Below are positions 32,186 to 40,768 of a stretch of DNA of 40,768 nt, in pieces. Source of the stretch: Porpidia crustulata. Lineage: Eukaryota. The translations under genes and the position numbers were made by a program. How positions within the stretch are numbered: the first letter of the stretch is position 1; the number at the start of each line of letters is the position of its first letter. Under the pieces are notes generated by a model. The model did no database searches. It was not told the origin of the DNA and saw only the letters and a program-made list of their open reading frames with translations. The DNA lies in NCBI GenBank assembly GCA_964255105.1, contig CAXUWE010000004.1, forward strand, positions 1 through 40,768, given 5' to 3'.

Positions 32186-34249
32186 CTACATTGCTTGTTG
32201 TAATTTACGGACTTCGCGGTAGAGCGTTTTGCTCTCAGCGTCGTCGCTTATCTATCGCAAAGTAAATATTAGCTCATGATTCATTTAGTGTTAGTCGGTG
32301 AGAATGGCTTACCCTAATCATGTGAGGAACTGCTTTGCCCTTCTCGATTACCGCAAAGGCGAAGGATCTGCTCTTGGGCTCGTTACCTTTAGCATCTCCA
32401 ACCAACATCTCCTTATAGAGGGGTTCATTGAGTATCACGCGGTAAGTTTGATGCGCCCGCATGATGAAACGGCCGTTCCTGAGAGCGTCCCCTGACTTTT
32501 CTGGACTTTGCGAAGCCGCATTCAACTTGAATGTACCGCGGCCACCTTCTTTCCAAGAAGCCCCATCAAAGCGAAACAAAGCAGCACGAGGAGCTGAGAA
32601 AACAGTTTCCTCGCCATCCTCTCCAGTTTCGACTAAGAGATAATCAGCAATGATACATCAATTACGCCGGAATGAGCGAACCTACCGCCCTGTTGCTGAA
32701 ACCTAGCGTCAGCTTCATCATCATCATCAAAATTCTGGCTCTGCCCTTCGTTATCACTCCCACTGCCTTCGTCATCTCCCACTTCTTTGGCCGGGGCTCC
32801 AAATTGCTTGATTTCGCCAGTGCCGCCGCCCCATTTCGTATCCCCTGTGGAAGTTGCGAAGCTAGTAAGCTTATGCGCAGCACCAAATGCACTTCCAAAC
32901 CCACTTCCAAATGCTGAGCCGCCAAAGGTACCGGGATTCGACGTTCTGATGTTATCGAGCCCCAGTGGTTTCGTTGCACTAAAATTAGTGGGTATATTTG
33001 TTGCAGGGGATGCAAAAGGCGTGTTTGCCGCCACATTTACTTCATTTGCACCAAGCTTAATACCGCCAAAACTTTGCGCATTAGATTGCCCTAGTGAAGC
33101 GAACGGACTAGCACCTGTGTATGAGCTAGCACCTAATGTACCAAACGGCGAGCTAGATGATCCCGATACTGCTGCAAACCCAGAGGATGCAAAGCTGGTA
33201 GCAGGGGCTTGTGTGGGCGGGTCGGTAAGATCTCGGCTTTCAAGTGTGTTATTGGGTGCTGGCAGCGGCTTCACTACTCCTGTCGAGGGAGATGTATAAT
33301 TCGAACGATTGCCCTTGGTATCAGCGGTGGACGATTCCTTCGACATAATAAGTAATGATATCAGGACTCAGTTACATTTGGAAGCACGTACATCTCGATC
33401 CTTGCAGTCTTGGTGCACAGAATTCAGCTTTTGTTGCTGTACGGGCTGCACTTTCACATGCTCCTCAACTTTGCCATCATATAGCAAGCCTTCCCGCTCG
33501 CTCTCTTCGGATCTTCTGTGTGCCTTTGCTTCCTCGGTCGCCGGGATCTTCTGTTCTCGATGTGTTTCGATATCAAGTTGGTCTCGACTTCGCTTTTTCC
33601 TTGGACTAAAGGCTGAATATTTCACTTCTGCATTTTCGTTATCCTGGAGTGATGATCTTGAGAGGTCCTTAGTGGCTTCATCGGCGTGTCGTTCCCCAAT
33701 TTGGCCCATCTGGTTGTCGGCCGCATCTGCCTCACCCTCCATATCCTTCTCCATCGGAATCTGACCTGGTGCCTTGGGACTCTGGTCATCCTTTGTGTCT
33801 TGACCAACACCAACGTCTCTAGATCGCTTCCTCGAGTGACGGCCGCTGTGTCCCTTCAGTGGTCGAGCACCTGAAGTTTCTTCTTGTGCCTCTAAGTCGT
33901 CAAAGGAACGCTTTCTCTGTGATCTACCCCGAGGCTCGGTATGCACCTCAATTGCATCTTGGTTTCTTCCTGAAATATCGCTCATTGGATTTGGGGGTCC
34001 ATCTATGGTGCCCCACGCTACTGAAGAATTATTCTGAAGAGGGTTTGTAACGGCTTTGGATATAGATGCAATTGAAGTCTTCTTAAGCTTTTCCCGAACT
34101 GGTCTTTCGCTTGCGTCGTTATCACTCGCGGAATCAGTAGCCGGGTATAGAGCGTTGTTATGCATCGGCGACAATACCGAGGTCCCATCTTCAGAATGTG
34201 GCGTGCTATTTTCTATTGCAATTTCTTGATGCTGTGTGATTTCCGTCAT
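32186..34249 (-). CDS. RanBP1-domain (RanBD) protein with FG-like repeats, Nup56/Yrb2/Hba1-like
   Basis: Exons 34249-33392, 33337-32686, 32632-32313, 32251-32186. ERPVREKLKKTSI, NLS-like SPRKKRSRDQ, SPFG/SFGG/AFGSGFGSAFG motifs, an acidic patch, then RanBD VETGEDGEETVF..LFRFDGASWKEGGRGTFKLN..RFIMRA...RVILN. Confidence 0.85.
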
Positions 34250-35041
34250 TACGACAATTCGTAAGACTGTGTCAAAGTCTATAGTGGAGGGAGATTCTAG
34301 AGGCCAGTAAATAACAACCAAAGACTCGGCTGATTCAAAGGCACTATGACTGAAAGGCGCAGGTAGCCGTGGTCAAGCTTAAGTAATTGAACGAAACCGC
34401 AGTCGAACTAGCGAGTATCAAAGAACCCCGGATCCTGATGGTATCGTTGCTGGTTTAGAAGTCGACGTTCCGAATCTGAGAGGGTTTGAGCGACCTCAAT
34501 TGACCCACGTCTATTGAGCAAGCTGATGAGGGAGGAAGGGTACGATGCTGCAGCGAGCCGAGTGTGGATTTCTTGGGAAAGATGATGATCAACAATGCCA
34601 GAGGGTATTTTGAGATTCCGGTGGATTTTGTAAGGGAGACCACGAACAGTTTGTGGGGGATGACATTTCTCAAGGAATTCTTTCCGATAGCCAGTCAAGT
34701 AGGTAGACACGCACGACACAGTAGATAAGTTGCAGTGGCCCCCGCATAAGCAAAGCGATTAGGGATCTTCCCGCACGCCGGGTCATCACTAGCCACAGTG
34801 CCACAGTCTACCTTAAAATGACCGATGTTCAAGTGGAATGTATTTTACGCCCTCATCATCTCGAACCATCTAAACTTGTATGATATTGCCATGTTCTAGC
34901 TTCAAGGCGGAGTGCATGTTTCCACAAAGTTCTTAGTAGTAGTAAAAGGGTTCTCAGCAAAATCCTTTTTTCGGATCAGATCAATTTCATGTCTGTCCGT
35001 ATGGATTGATGGCTATGGTCCGAACGGTCTTCCCGGCCACT

Positions 35042-36103
35042 CTAGCTGATGAAACACAAACATCCCAATCCAACGTAAAACACGAACAAAGGGTATACTG
35101 CAAGACCAACGCGATTCTTCACGACTCCCGAACCCCCTAAAATGCTAATCCCAGCAGCTAGCGACCAAACAACCAGCACTAGGTACACCGGTACTCGTGC
35201 GAATTTGGAGAGATGTAGAGCACTCAGCATCGCAGCTATAACGAGCGGAAAGAGCGTGTAACCTATGATGCAAATAGACTGAAAGAAAGATCTAAAGTAA
35301 GCCAGTTAGTCGAGCTAATGCAATCGAATATCGGTTACACACATAGTTCCACCTAAAAGTTTTATCTGCATCGTCACAACAGCTTCACCAACCCACACAA
35401 GGGTGAAAATGCCTGAGAAGACAATGGTTTTCTGAGCGGGTGACGCAGTCAGAGAGAGAAGTAGACTAAGGAGCAAACAAAATATGAGCGGACCCCTGTA
35501 CACCAATTCGTCAGTGAGATTATAATATGAATATGCTCGAAAGCTATGATAACTTACCACAGGTCCCAGTCTCGTAAGCCTTCGCTCATGCCGCCCTGTA
35601 ATACCACGTCGGCACCAGGCCATCTCCCAGCTATCCCTCGGAAGCCCCCTGCCAGACTATCCCCCTCTCCCCGCTCCGCACCGCCGATGCCGCCGCCTTT
35701 TTGGAGTATTCCTCCTAGTAAGTACTTTGGCCACAATACCTGCCGCATCTTTTCCCATACAGCCAACAGATCCCTTGACAAGGTTTCCCACACAGACTCA
35801 TCGATTGTATTTGTAGGAGCGCGGCGATCCTCACCTTGAATAGACGAGCTGAGGTACGATTGGGGAAGAGGATTGCGCGAGGACGAAGTTTGGATGTTGC
35901 CTGTTAAGGGAGCTCGGTCGGAATTGGATTGCAGCGGATCGTCCAGGTCGTTGAGGTTTGCTATTGAACACACATTAAAATTTCAGTTCGAAAGGAAGGA
36001 GAAGTAGTCTACCATCGTCCGGATCGATGAGGTCCCGCTCAATCTCGGCATTATCATAATCCTCATAAGGGTTACCCGAAGAGGCGCTCGCCATCATCGC
36101 CAT
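35042..36103 (-). CDS. Yip1-domain Golgi membrane protein (YIPF6/Yip4-like)
   Basis: Exons 36103-36013, 35960-35558, 35495-35343, 35291-35042. TIDESVWETLSRDL, LRDWDLW/GPLIFCL, QIKLLGGT/ISFFQSICIIGYTLFPL, LAVYPL, and several transmembrane segments. Confidence 0.9.
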
Positions 36104-36629
36104 GAATACAGCTTTGGTCGACGTAGAGGGTCGTTGTGCGCTGGACGAGCCCCTAAGCGCAGGACCTAAAGAAGATGCCTCTTTACAGTGTGTGAGTGTG
36201 GGTGTGAAGTGTTCTCTCCAGAGCTTTTTCGAATTAGGGTTCCTCGGGCCGTATAACCGAGCCACTACTCTAACACACCGACCTTCACTGGACGTTACCT
36301 ACACTAATATGTACATGTGGAATACGAAAAGTCTGGGGGGTCGTTGAAACGTGTAACTGTATTCGATGTGCAGGAGCAGCAGCACCTACATGAGAGTGAA
36401 AGTAATTTTTGTGAAAGGGTGGATGCCAATCAGCCATGATTGAATAATTCTCTGATTCATATCATTTTCTTTAGCTTGTTCGCATGCTTCGCCGTTTCAT
36501 TGATCAACGACTGATTTCCTTTCAGAGCGTAGTTTCGTATTGACAGAACAGGTTCTCGTTGGAGACCTTATCTCATTTTCGCCTTCTGAGCAGCCCTTGG
36601 AAACGAAGAGCAAAAGGGAAGACTCGATC

Positions 36630-38213
36630 ATGGCAGGGCTGCAACAATTCATTGGATCTCGCGATGTCGACGGGAAACTTCTTGTAAATCAAGGCAGGAT
36701 TAGCGATCAAGGAAAGCAGCAGAGACTGCGGGCTACAATACAAAGTCTCGGTTTCACGGATTTGAATGGCGATGAAGTCCTATCTAGTTCTACCGGCGGA
36801 GCCGCAGACCTTGTTAAACTGAATCGTAAGCGAATTGCGGATCAGCATCGAATAAAGTTCCCTACAAGACCCCTCGGCCGTGATATTACTGGTCCCAAGG
36901 TAATACAGGGTGCGAGACAGAGCTACGACTCGACCCTAGCTCCCCATCAGATGGACGACGGGGCCCACCAGAAGAATCGAGACACTTCTCAGAGTCTTTT
37001 TGATACCGACGCGGACAGTATCGAGGTCACAGCCACGTTCAGTGATTTTAGTGATTTCAAAGATCATGGTAATGCCCTGCAAGGCAATGATCATCAAGAA
37101 ACGCATTTGGATCGTGTGAATGATGTGGGAGAGGACGAAATAGTTTCAGACTTCGACGACAGCCGTATCGAGAGCTTTGATGGAAAGCGGCCAAAGTGCG
37201 GGGAAGGAGAAGGTGATCCGAGGATCGACGACCTAAAAGCACAGATGCCTCCTGAACCCTCCAGAATACTTCTGCTGGGCCAAATTAGCCAGTCAAAATC
37301 TCCGCAAGCAGGAGAGATGATATCGCGGCTCGCTCCTGAAATGACTCTTGATCCGCCCGTACTGAACCGGAATTCTTCATCCAGGCACCCTAACGATCCA
37401 ATACGAAGTCAGGTCATGCCAATCGCTTCCAAAATGGTGGAGGGGGGTGGATCCTATGGGGCTGAAGACCAAACGATTCAGAGCGGGTACCAAAGGCTCC
37501 CACAAATTTTCTCGAAGCCAGGTCAAGGACGTTTAGATGAAGATGCCCGGTATATTCCAGCTCGATATCCTACACCGCAGAAGGCGGCAATCCCAGAAGG
37601 CGAGATCTTAGCCAATCCTCGACAGCTTAGCCACAAAGCTCTTACGCAGAATAACGAGGCTACGGTACTACCACTGGCCTCAAAATCGAGTGAGACCGGC
37701 ATATTTGGAGGGAGTGAAGGCCCGGACGCCATAATATCCCAAGATGATATGGACTCGAGTTCCCGAAAGCGCGCAACAGGATTAGACTACACTACTCGTC
37801 AGCTCGCTAGCATGACCTATAATCGTTTGAGTAGCGAGACTTTCGATAGTGTTCCTCGCTCACCAAGTAGCGAGGTTCCGGAGGATCTTGCTGGCGCAAT
37901 CCTACCTCAAAAACTCGAGTACGTGTATAGCCTAAAGCGCAGTGACAAGCAGTACCTGCAACGTCGGGAAGTTTTTTCGTACATGAATATCAATCAGTAC
38001 GACGAGTGTGGAAGCCTTCTGATGGAGAAATTTGGGAACATAATTACTAGGTATACAGACGCCCGCCAGCAAAAGAGAAAGGCAGCGAAAGAATTTGAAG
38101 ACGAAGTCGCTGTACGGGAAGAGCATGTCAGGGGCATAAGCGAAGGTGTAGACGGAGATCTTCGTCGGCTGAAAACCGCTGGGGAGGATGTCATCCGGGG
38201 AAGCGATAATTAA
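36630..38213 (+). CDS. ECM11 (extracellular mutant protein 11) domain protein
   Basis: ORF from ATG 36630 with a disordered N-terminus. C-terminal LDYTTRQLASMTYNRLSSETFD..P...FSYMNINQYDECGSLLMEKF...ARQQKR...FEDEV..R coiled coil matches the fungal ECM11 domain pattern as I recall it. Confidence 0.7.
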   Translation: MAGLQQFIGSRDVDGKLLVNQGRISDQGKQQRLRATIQSLGFTDLNGDEVLSSSTGGAADLVKLNRKRIADQHRIKFPTRPLGRDITGPKVIQGARQSYDSTLAPHQMDDGAHQKNRDTSQSLFDTDADSIEVTATFSDFSDFKDHGNALQGNDHQETHLDRVNDVGEDEIVSDFDDSRIESFDGKRPKCGEGEGDPRIDDLKAQMPPEPSRILLLGQISQSKSPQAGEMISRLAPEMTLDPPVLNRNSSSRHPNDPIRSQVMPIASKMVEGGGSYGAEDQTIQSGYQRLPQIFSKPGQGRLDEDARYIPARYPTPQKAAIPEGEILANPRQLSHKALTQNNEATVLPLASKSSETGIFGGSEGPDAIISQDDMDSSSRKRATGLDYTTRQLASMTYNRLSSETFDSVPRSPSSEVPEDLAGAILPQKLEYVYSLKRSDKQYLQRREVFSYMNINQYDECGSLLMEKFGNIITRYTDARQQKRKAAKEFEDEVAVREEHVRGISEGVDGDLRRLKTAGEDVIRGSDN

Positions 38214-38513
38214 TTGTCAAGCCTTGCTATCGTGCGGGGGAAGGCGACAAAGATCTGTTTTGTAAACCCTCGAACCGTCGAACTAGCATCGCTATAGTGA
38301 GAAATACGTGTGGCAACAGCAAGCATTTATTAAACTACAATAGTAGGTGAGATTTGTACTTCGCCATTCCCTTTTATCAACCCCAGCTCCTTCTACTGCG
38401 ATTGCCTATCTGAAATCTCTTCAAATTGTAAGATGGAACAGTTGAAAAGTGACTATCAGCAAGGTTCAAGGCATATTGGATCCTGAGACAAGCAAGCTTG
38501 AGATTGCGATGCA

Positions 38514-40376
38514 TCAGCAGGTGACGAATCGTCCAATCCACCAATCGGCAAAATCCTGCACCACGTTCTCCCTCTCCCTCTCCTTCTTCCACCACCGACC
38601 CTTTGCTAGTCCATCCTGCTCGCCACCAAGCCCTCTCACACCGATCATCCCCTCCCTTTCTCTCCATTCTTTTTCCGCTTTCTGTCCAGCCATCTTAACC
38701 AGAACCTCATCGTCATCACTCTTGTACAGATCACACTTATCACAATCCCTGCACCTTCCACCGCCGGGCCTAAAATGCTGGCAAAAGTGGCTGTAAGCCT
38801 CTCCTCCCTCATCGCGACCTAGGCCCTGCCGACAAATGTAACACATCGTATATCCGCATATACATGTCATTCTGTTGCAGCCACTCTCCTTAACAAAGCC
38901 CAACGCACAACGTGGACATACTCGCTTTAAAGCTGCGGTGCGGGCAGATTCGACAGTGATGCGAAGTGAAGTGGTGGCAGACTCATAACAAACGTGAGGG
39001 TCACGCCAGTGCTGAGAGCAGTCAAGACAGGACGAGGCGCTACAAGTAGGAGATCGGCACTGAAAGCGGCGGGAGAGATACTTGTGGCGAGCCTGACGGT
39101 CGAGGGAGCTAGAAATGACAGCAGATAGAGCTGGCAGGTCTTTTATGAGAGGAAGATAACGTAGTAATTCATAAAGAGCCAAAAGAGGAAGAAAATTAGC
39201 GGTGATTATGAGGAAAGCAGCAGATGTAAGAGTCACCGGACTGAGGCGATAGTGAACGCTGTTTGGGGAGAAGTAAACGTCATCAACTTCAGCGTAAGGG
39301 CAGAAGGGACAGCGGACCAACAAGGTAGAAGTTTCTATCAAGGCTTCCGCTGCTAAACGTGACTCGAACATGAGCCAAGTCTGGGCGCCGGCCTTGTTCT
39401 GCCACACGGCGCGGCGAACAAACTCTCGAGGGATGCAACCAGAGCAGATTCCTTCTGATGTCAAGGCAAGACAAACAATTTGGCCACGCTTGTGGTCCAC
39501 ATTACAACCCCAGCTTTGACCGAACAGCGCTTCGCTCACGGCATGATGGAGGCAACGCAAGCACGTCAAGTGCCCTCTGGCTGTACAAGCTGCCAATTCT
39601 TCGAATGTGACATGAGAGAAGCAGCATTGGCATTCATGTAATGCATCCGCAGATACTGCCTCTGCTTCATTGAGCTCCATGGCAACCTGCCAGTCTTTGG
39701 ATTCTTGATCGATCCTTGCGCTTTCTAATACAGGCTTTATGATCATGTTATAGATTTCCTCATCTAGCTCGAGATCTCCAGACTCTCTGAGCGATGGGGC
39801 TCTCGGTACCTCTCCTGCCGGCATCTTGCTCCAGGTCACTAGGATATGCCTTTCTAGTTTATTCGATTGAGGTCTCGTTAACCTCGAGAAGAAGGCACCA
39901 GCGCGTTTCCTCCAACATTTGGCCTCGATTTGCTGGAGAGCCGGCCTTGAAAGCGTGTAGGAATAATTATACTCTGCCATAATCGCTTCCAAAATGCTTC
40001 TATTCAGTTCGCGAAATTCCTGAGATAGCAGTTTCCTTACGGCACTCCTGTAGCTACTCGATCTGAATCGGTCCTTGGCGGAAATTGGCATCGCACAGTG
40101 TTCTGTCCCCTCAGTATTTGTAGCATCATTAGTCCGCCATCTACCGTGAATCCACATTTCTCTATGCTTCAAAAGCTGGTCAAGAACAGAGTGGAGGCGG
40201 CTGTCGCCATCGAAGATGCTCAACATCTCACGGAAGACCTCTGGGAGCACATTGGGAAAGACGTTGGCGAGAATGTCGAGCGACTTATTTAATTCTATCA
40301 GTGCATTTCCCTCGTCGAGTCCTTGCACTGGCTTATGACTACTCAAATGTCCAAACGACGCCATGGAGGACTCCAT
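38514..40376 (-). CDS. RBR-type E3 ubiquitin ligase, RNF216/TRIAD3-like
   Basis: RING1 CQCCF...CTARGHLTCLRC...C...C; IBR CPFC...CRSPTC...CLDC...H.C; RING2 CPRCALGFVKESGCNRMTCICGYTMCYIC with catalytic GCN; followed by YSHFCQH..CRDCDKCDLY. CUE-like LANVFPNV near the N-terminus. Start is ATG 40376 or 40364. Confidence 0.85.
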   Translation of the reverse strand: MESSMASFGHLSSHKPVQGLDEGNALIELNKSLDILANVFPNVLPEVFREMLSIFDGDSRLHSVLDQLLKHREMWIHGRWRTNDATNTEGTEHCAMPISAKDRFRSSSYRSAVRKLLSQEFRELNRSILEAIMAEYNYSYTLSRPALQQIEAKCWRKRAGAFFSRLTRPQSNKLERHILVTWSKMPAGEVPRAPSLRESGDLELDEEIYNMIIKPVLESARIDQESKDWQVAMELNEAEAVSADALHECQCCFSHVTFEELAACTARGHLTCLRCLHHAVSEALFGQSWGCNVDHKRGQIVCLALTSEGICSGCIPREFVRRAVWQNKAGAQTWLMFESRLAAEALIETSTLLVRCPFCPYAEVDDVYFSPNSVHYRLSPVTLTSAAFLIITANFLPLLALYELLRYLPLIKDLPALSAVISSSLDRQARHKYLSRRFQCRSPTCSASSCLDCSQHWRDPHVCYESATTSLRITVESARTAALKRVCPRCALGFVKESGCNRMTCICGYTMCYICRQGLGRDEGGEAYSHFCQHFRPGGGRCRDCDKCDLYKSDDDEVLVKMAGQKAEKEWREREGMIGVRGLGGEQDGLAKGRWWKKERERENVVQDFADWWIGRFVTC

Positions 40377-40595
40377 TGCATTGCCACCGAGAGTCAATTC
40401 CAGTTCGAGACCTAACTCGTTCCCACCCCTCGTCGGACCACGCTAAGCCCCAGGGACAGGGTTACGGAGAACTTTTTAGATTAATCGTAATCGTGGGCAC
40501 CTACCTCCGGTAGATGGGCTCCAGCTCAATGACGTTCCTGTGTCAGGAGCACAATCGTCTGAGTTAGAATTGGACTTCGTTCAAAAATCGTATAC

Positions 40596-40730
40596 AAGAA
40601 AAAAAGATCTACATCTTTTAACTCGTTCGAGATTTAACAAAATCTTTATGTTTAAACAGTTTTTCGAGTATTTTTAAATTTTATAATAATCAATTTAATT
40701 ATTAAAATATATTTATTGTTGAGATATATG
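40596..40730. other. Strongly AT-rich, TpA-rich segment at the window edge
   Basis: For example TTTTTAAATTTTATAATAATCAATTTAATTATTAAAATATATTTATT, which contrasts sharply with the balanced composition of the rest of the window. Confidence 0.6.
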
Positions 40731-40768
40731 ATGGGCTGACTTAGGGTGAAAAGGGTTGTGGATTGAGT

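Noticed and set aside
40741..40746. Single TTAGGG near the window end
   Set aside because: One isolated hexamer, not a tandem telomeric array.
1..40768. Other isolated CCGAGG/CCTCGG hexamers (e.g. near 300, 4058, 4288, 14035, 21797, 24678, 36242)
   Set aside because: Expected at background frequency; only those paired or placed in relevant promoters were retained.
1..40768. tRNA, snRNA, TPP riboswitch, telomerase RNA template, transposase/RT ORFs, CRISPR arrays, TGA-CTA readthrough PTS1 extensions
   Set aside because: Looked for their signature motifs by eye and found none convincing; a covariance-model search would be needed to exclude them rigorously.

Overview
Gene-dense eukaryotic genomic DNA from a filamentous ascomycete (Pezizomycotina; short GT-AG introns with CTRAY branch sites). 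I support about 16 protein-coding genes and one pseudogene, in order: the 3' end of an AT-hook/acidic-tail protein, an intracellular LysM protein, a decayed SRPK-like kinase, the Zn2Cys6 fatty-acid regulator CTF1-alpha/FarA (10 exons), an alpha/beta-hydrolase-fold protein, the HIT hydrolase Hnt2/FHIT, a TDA10/glycerate-kinase-like P-loop kinase, peroxisomal FoxA/Fox2, V-ATPase subunit e, a RING-H2 ligase, an Rrn11-like protein, a second Zn2Cys6 factor, Hrq1 helicase, a Nup56/Yrb2-like RanBD protein, a Yip1-family protein, an ECM11-domain protein and an RNF216-like RBR ligase. The most interesting signal is regulatory. farA sits about 6 kb from its classical target foxA. FarA-type CCGAGG sites lie in the shared foxA/kinase divergent promoter and as an inverted pair inside a stop-free, in-frame farA intron that splits its own zinc cluster. 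No tRNA, rRNA, CRISPR array or intact transposon is supported. All family calls come from motif recognition by eye, not database searches.
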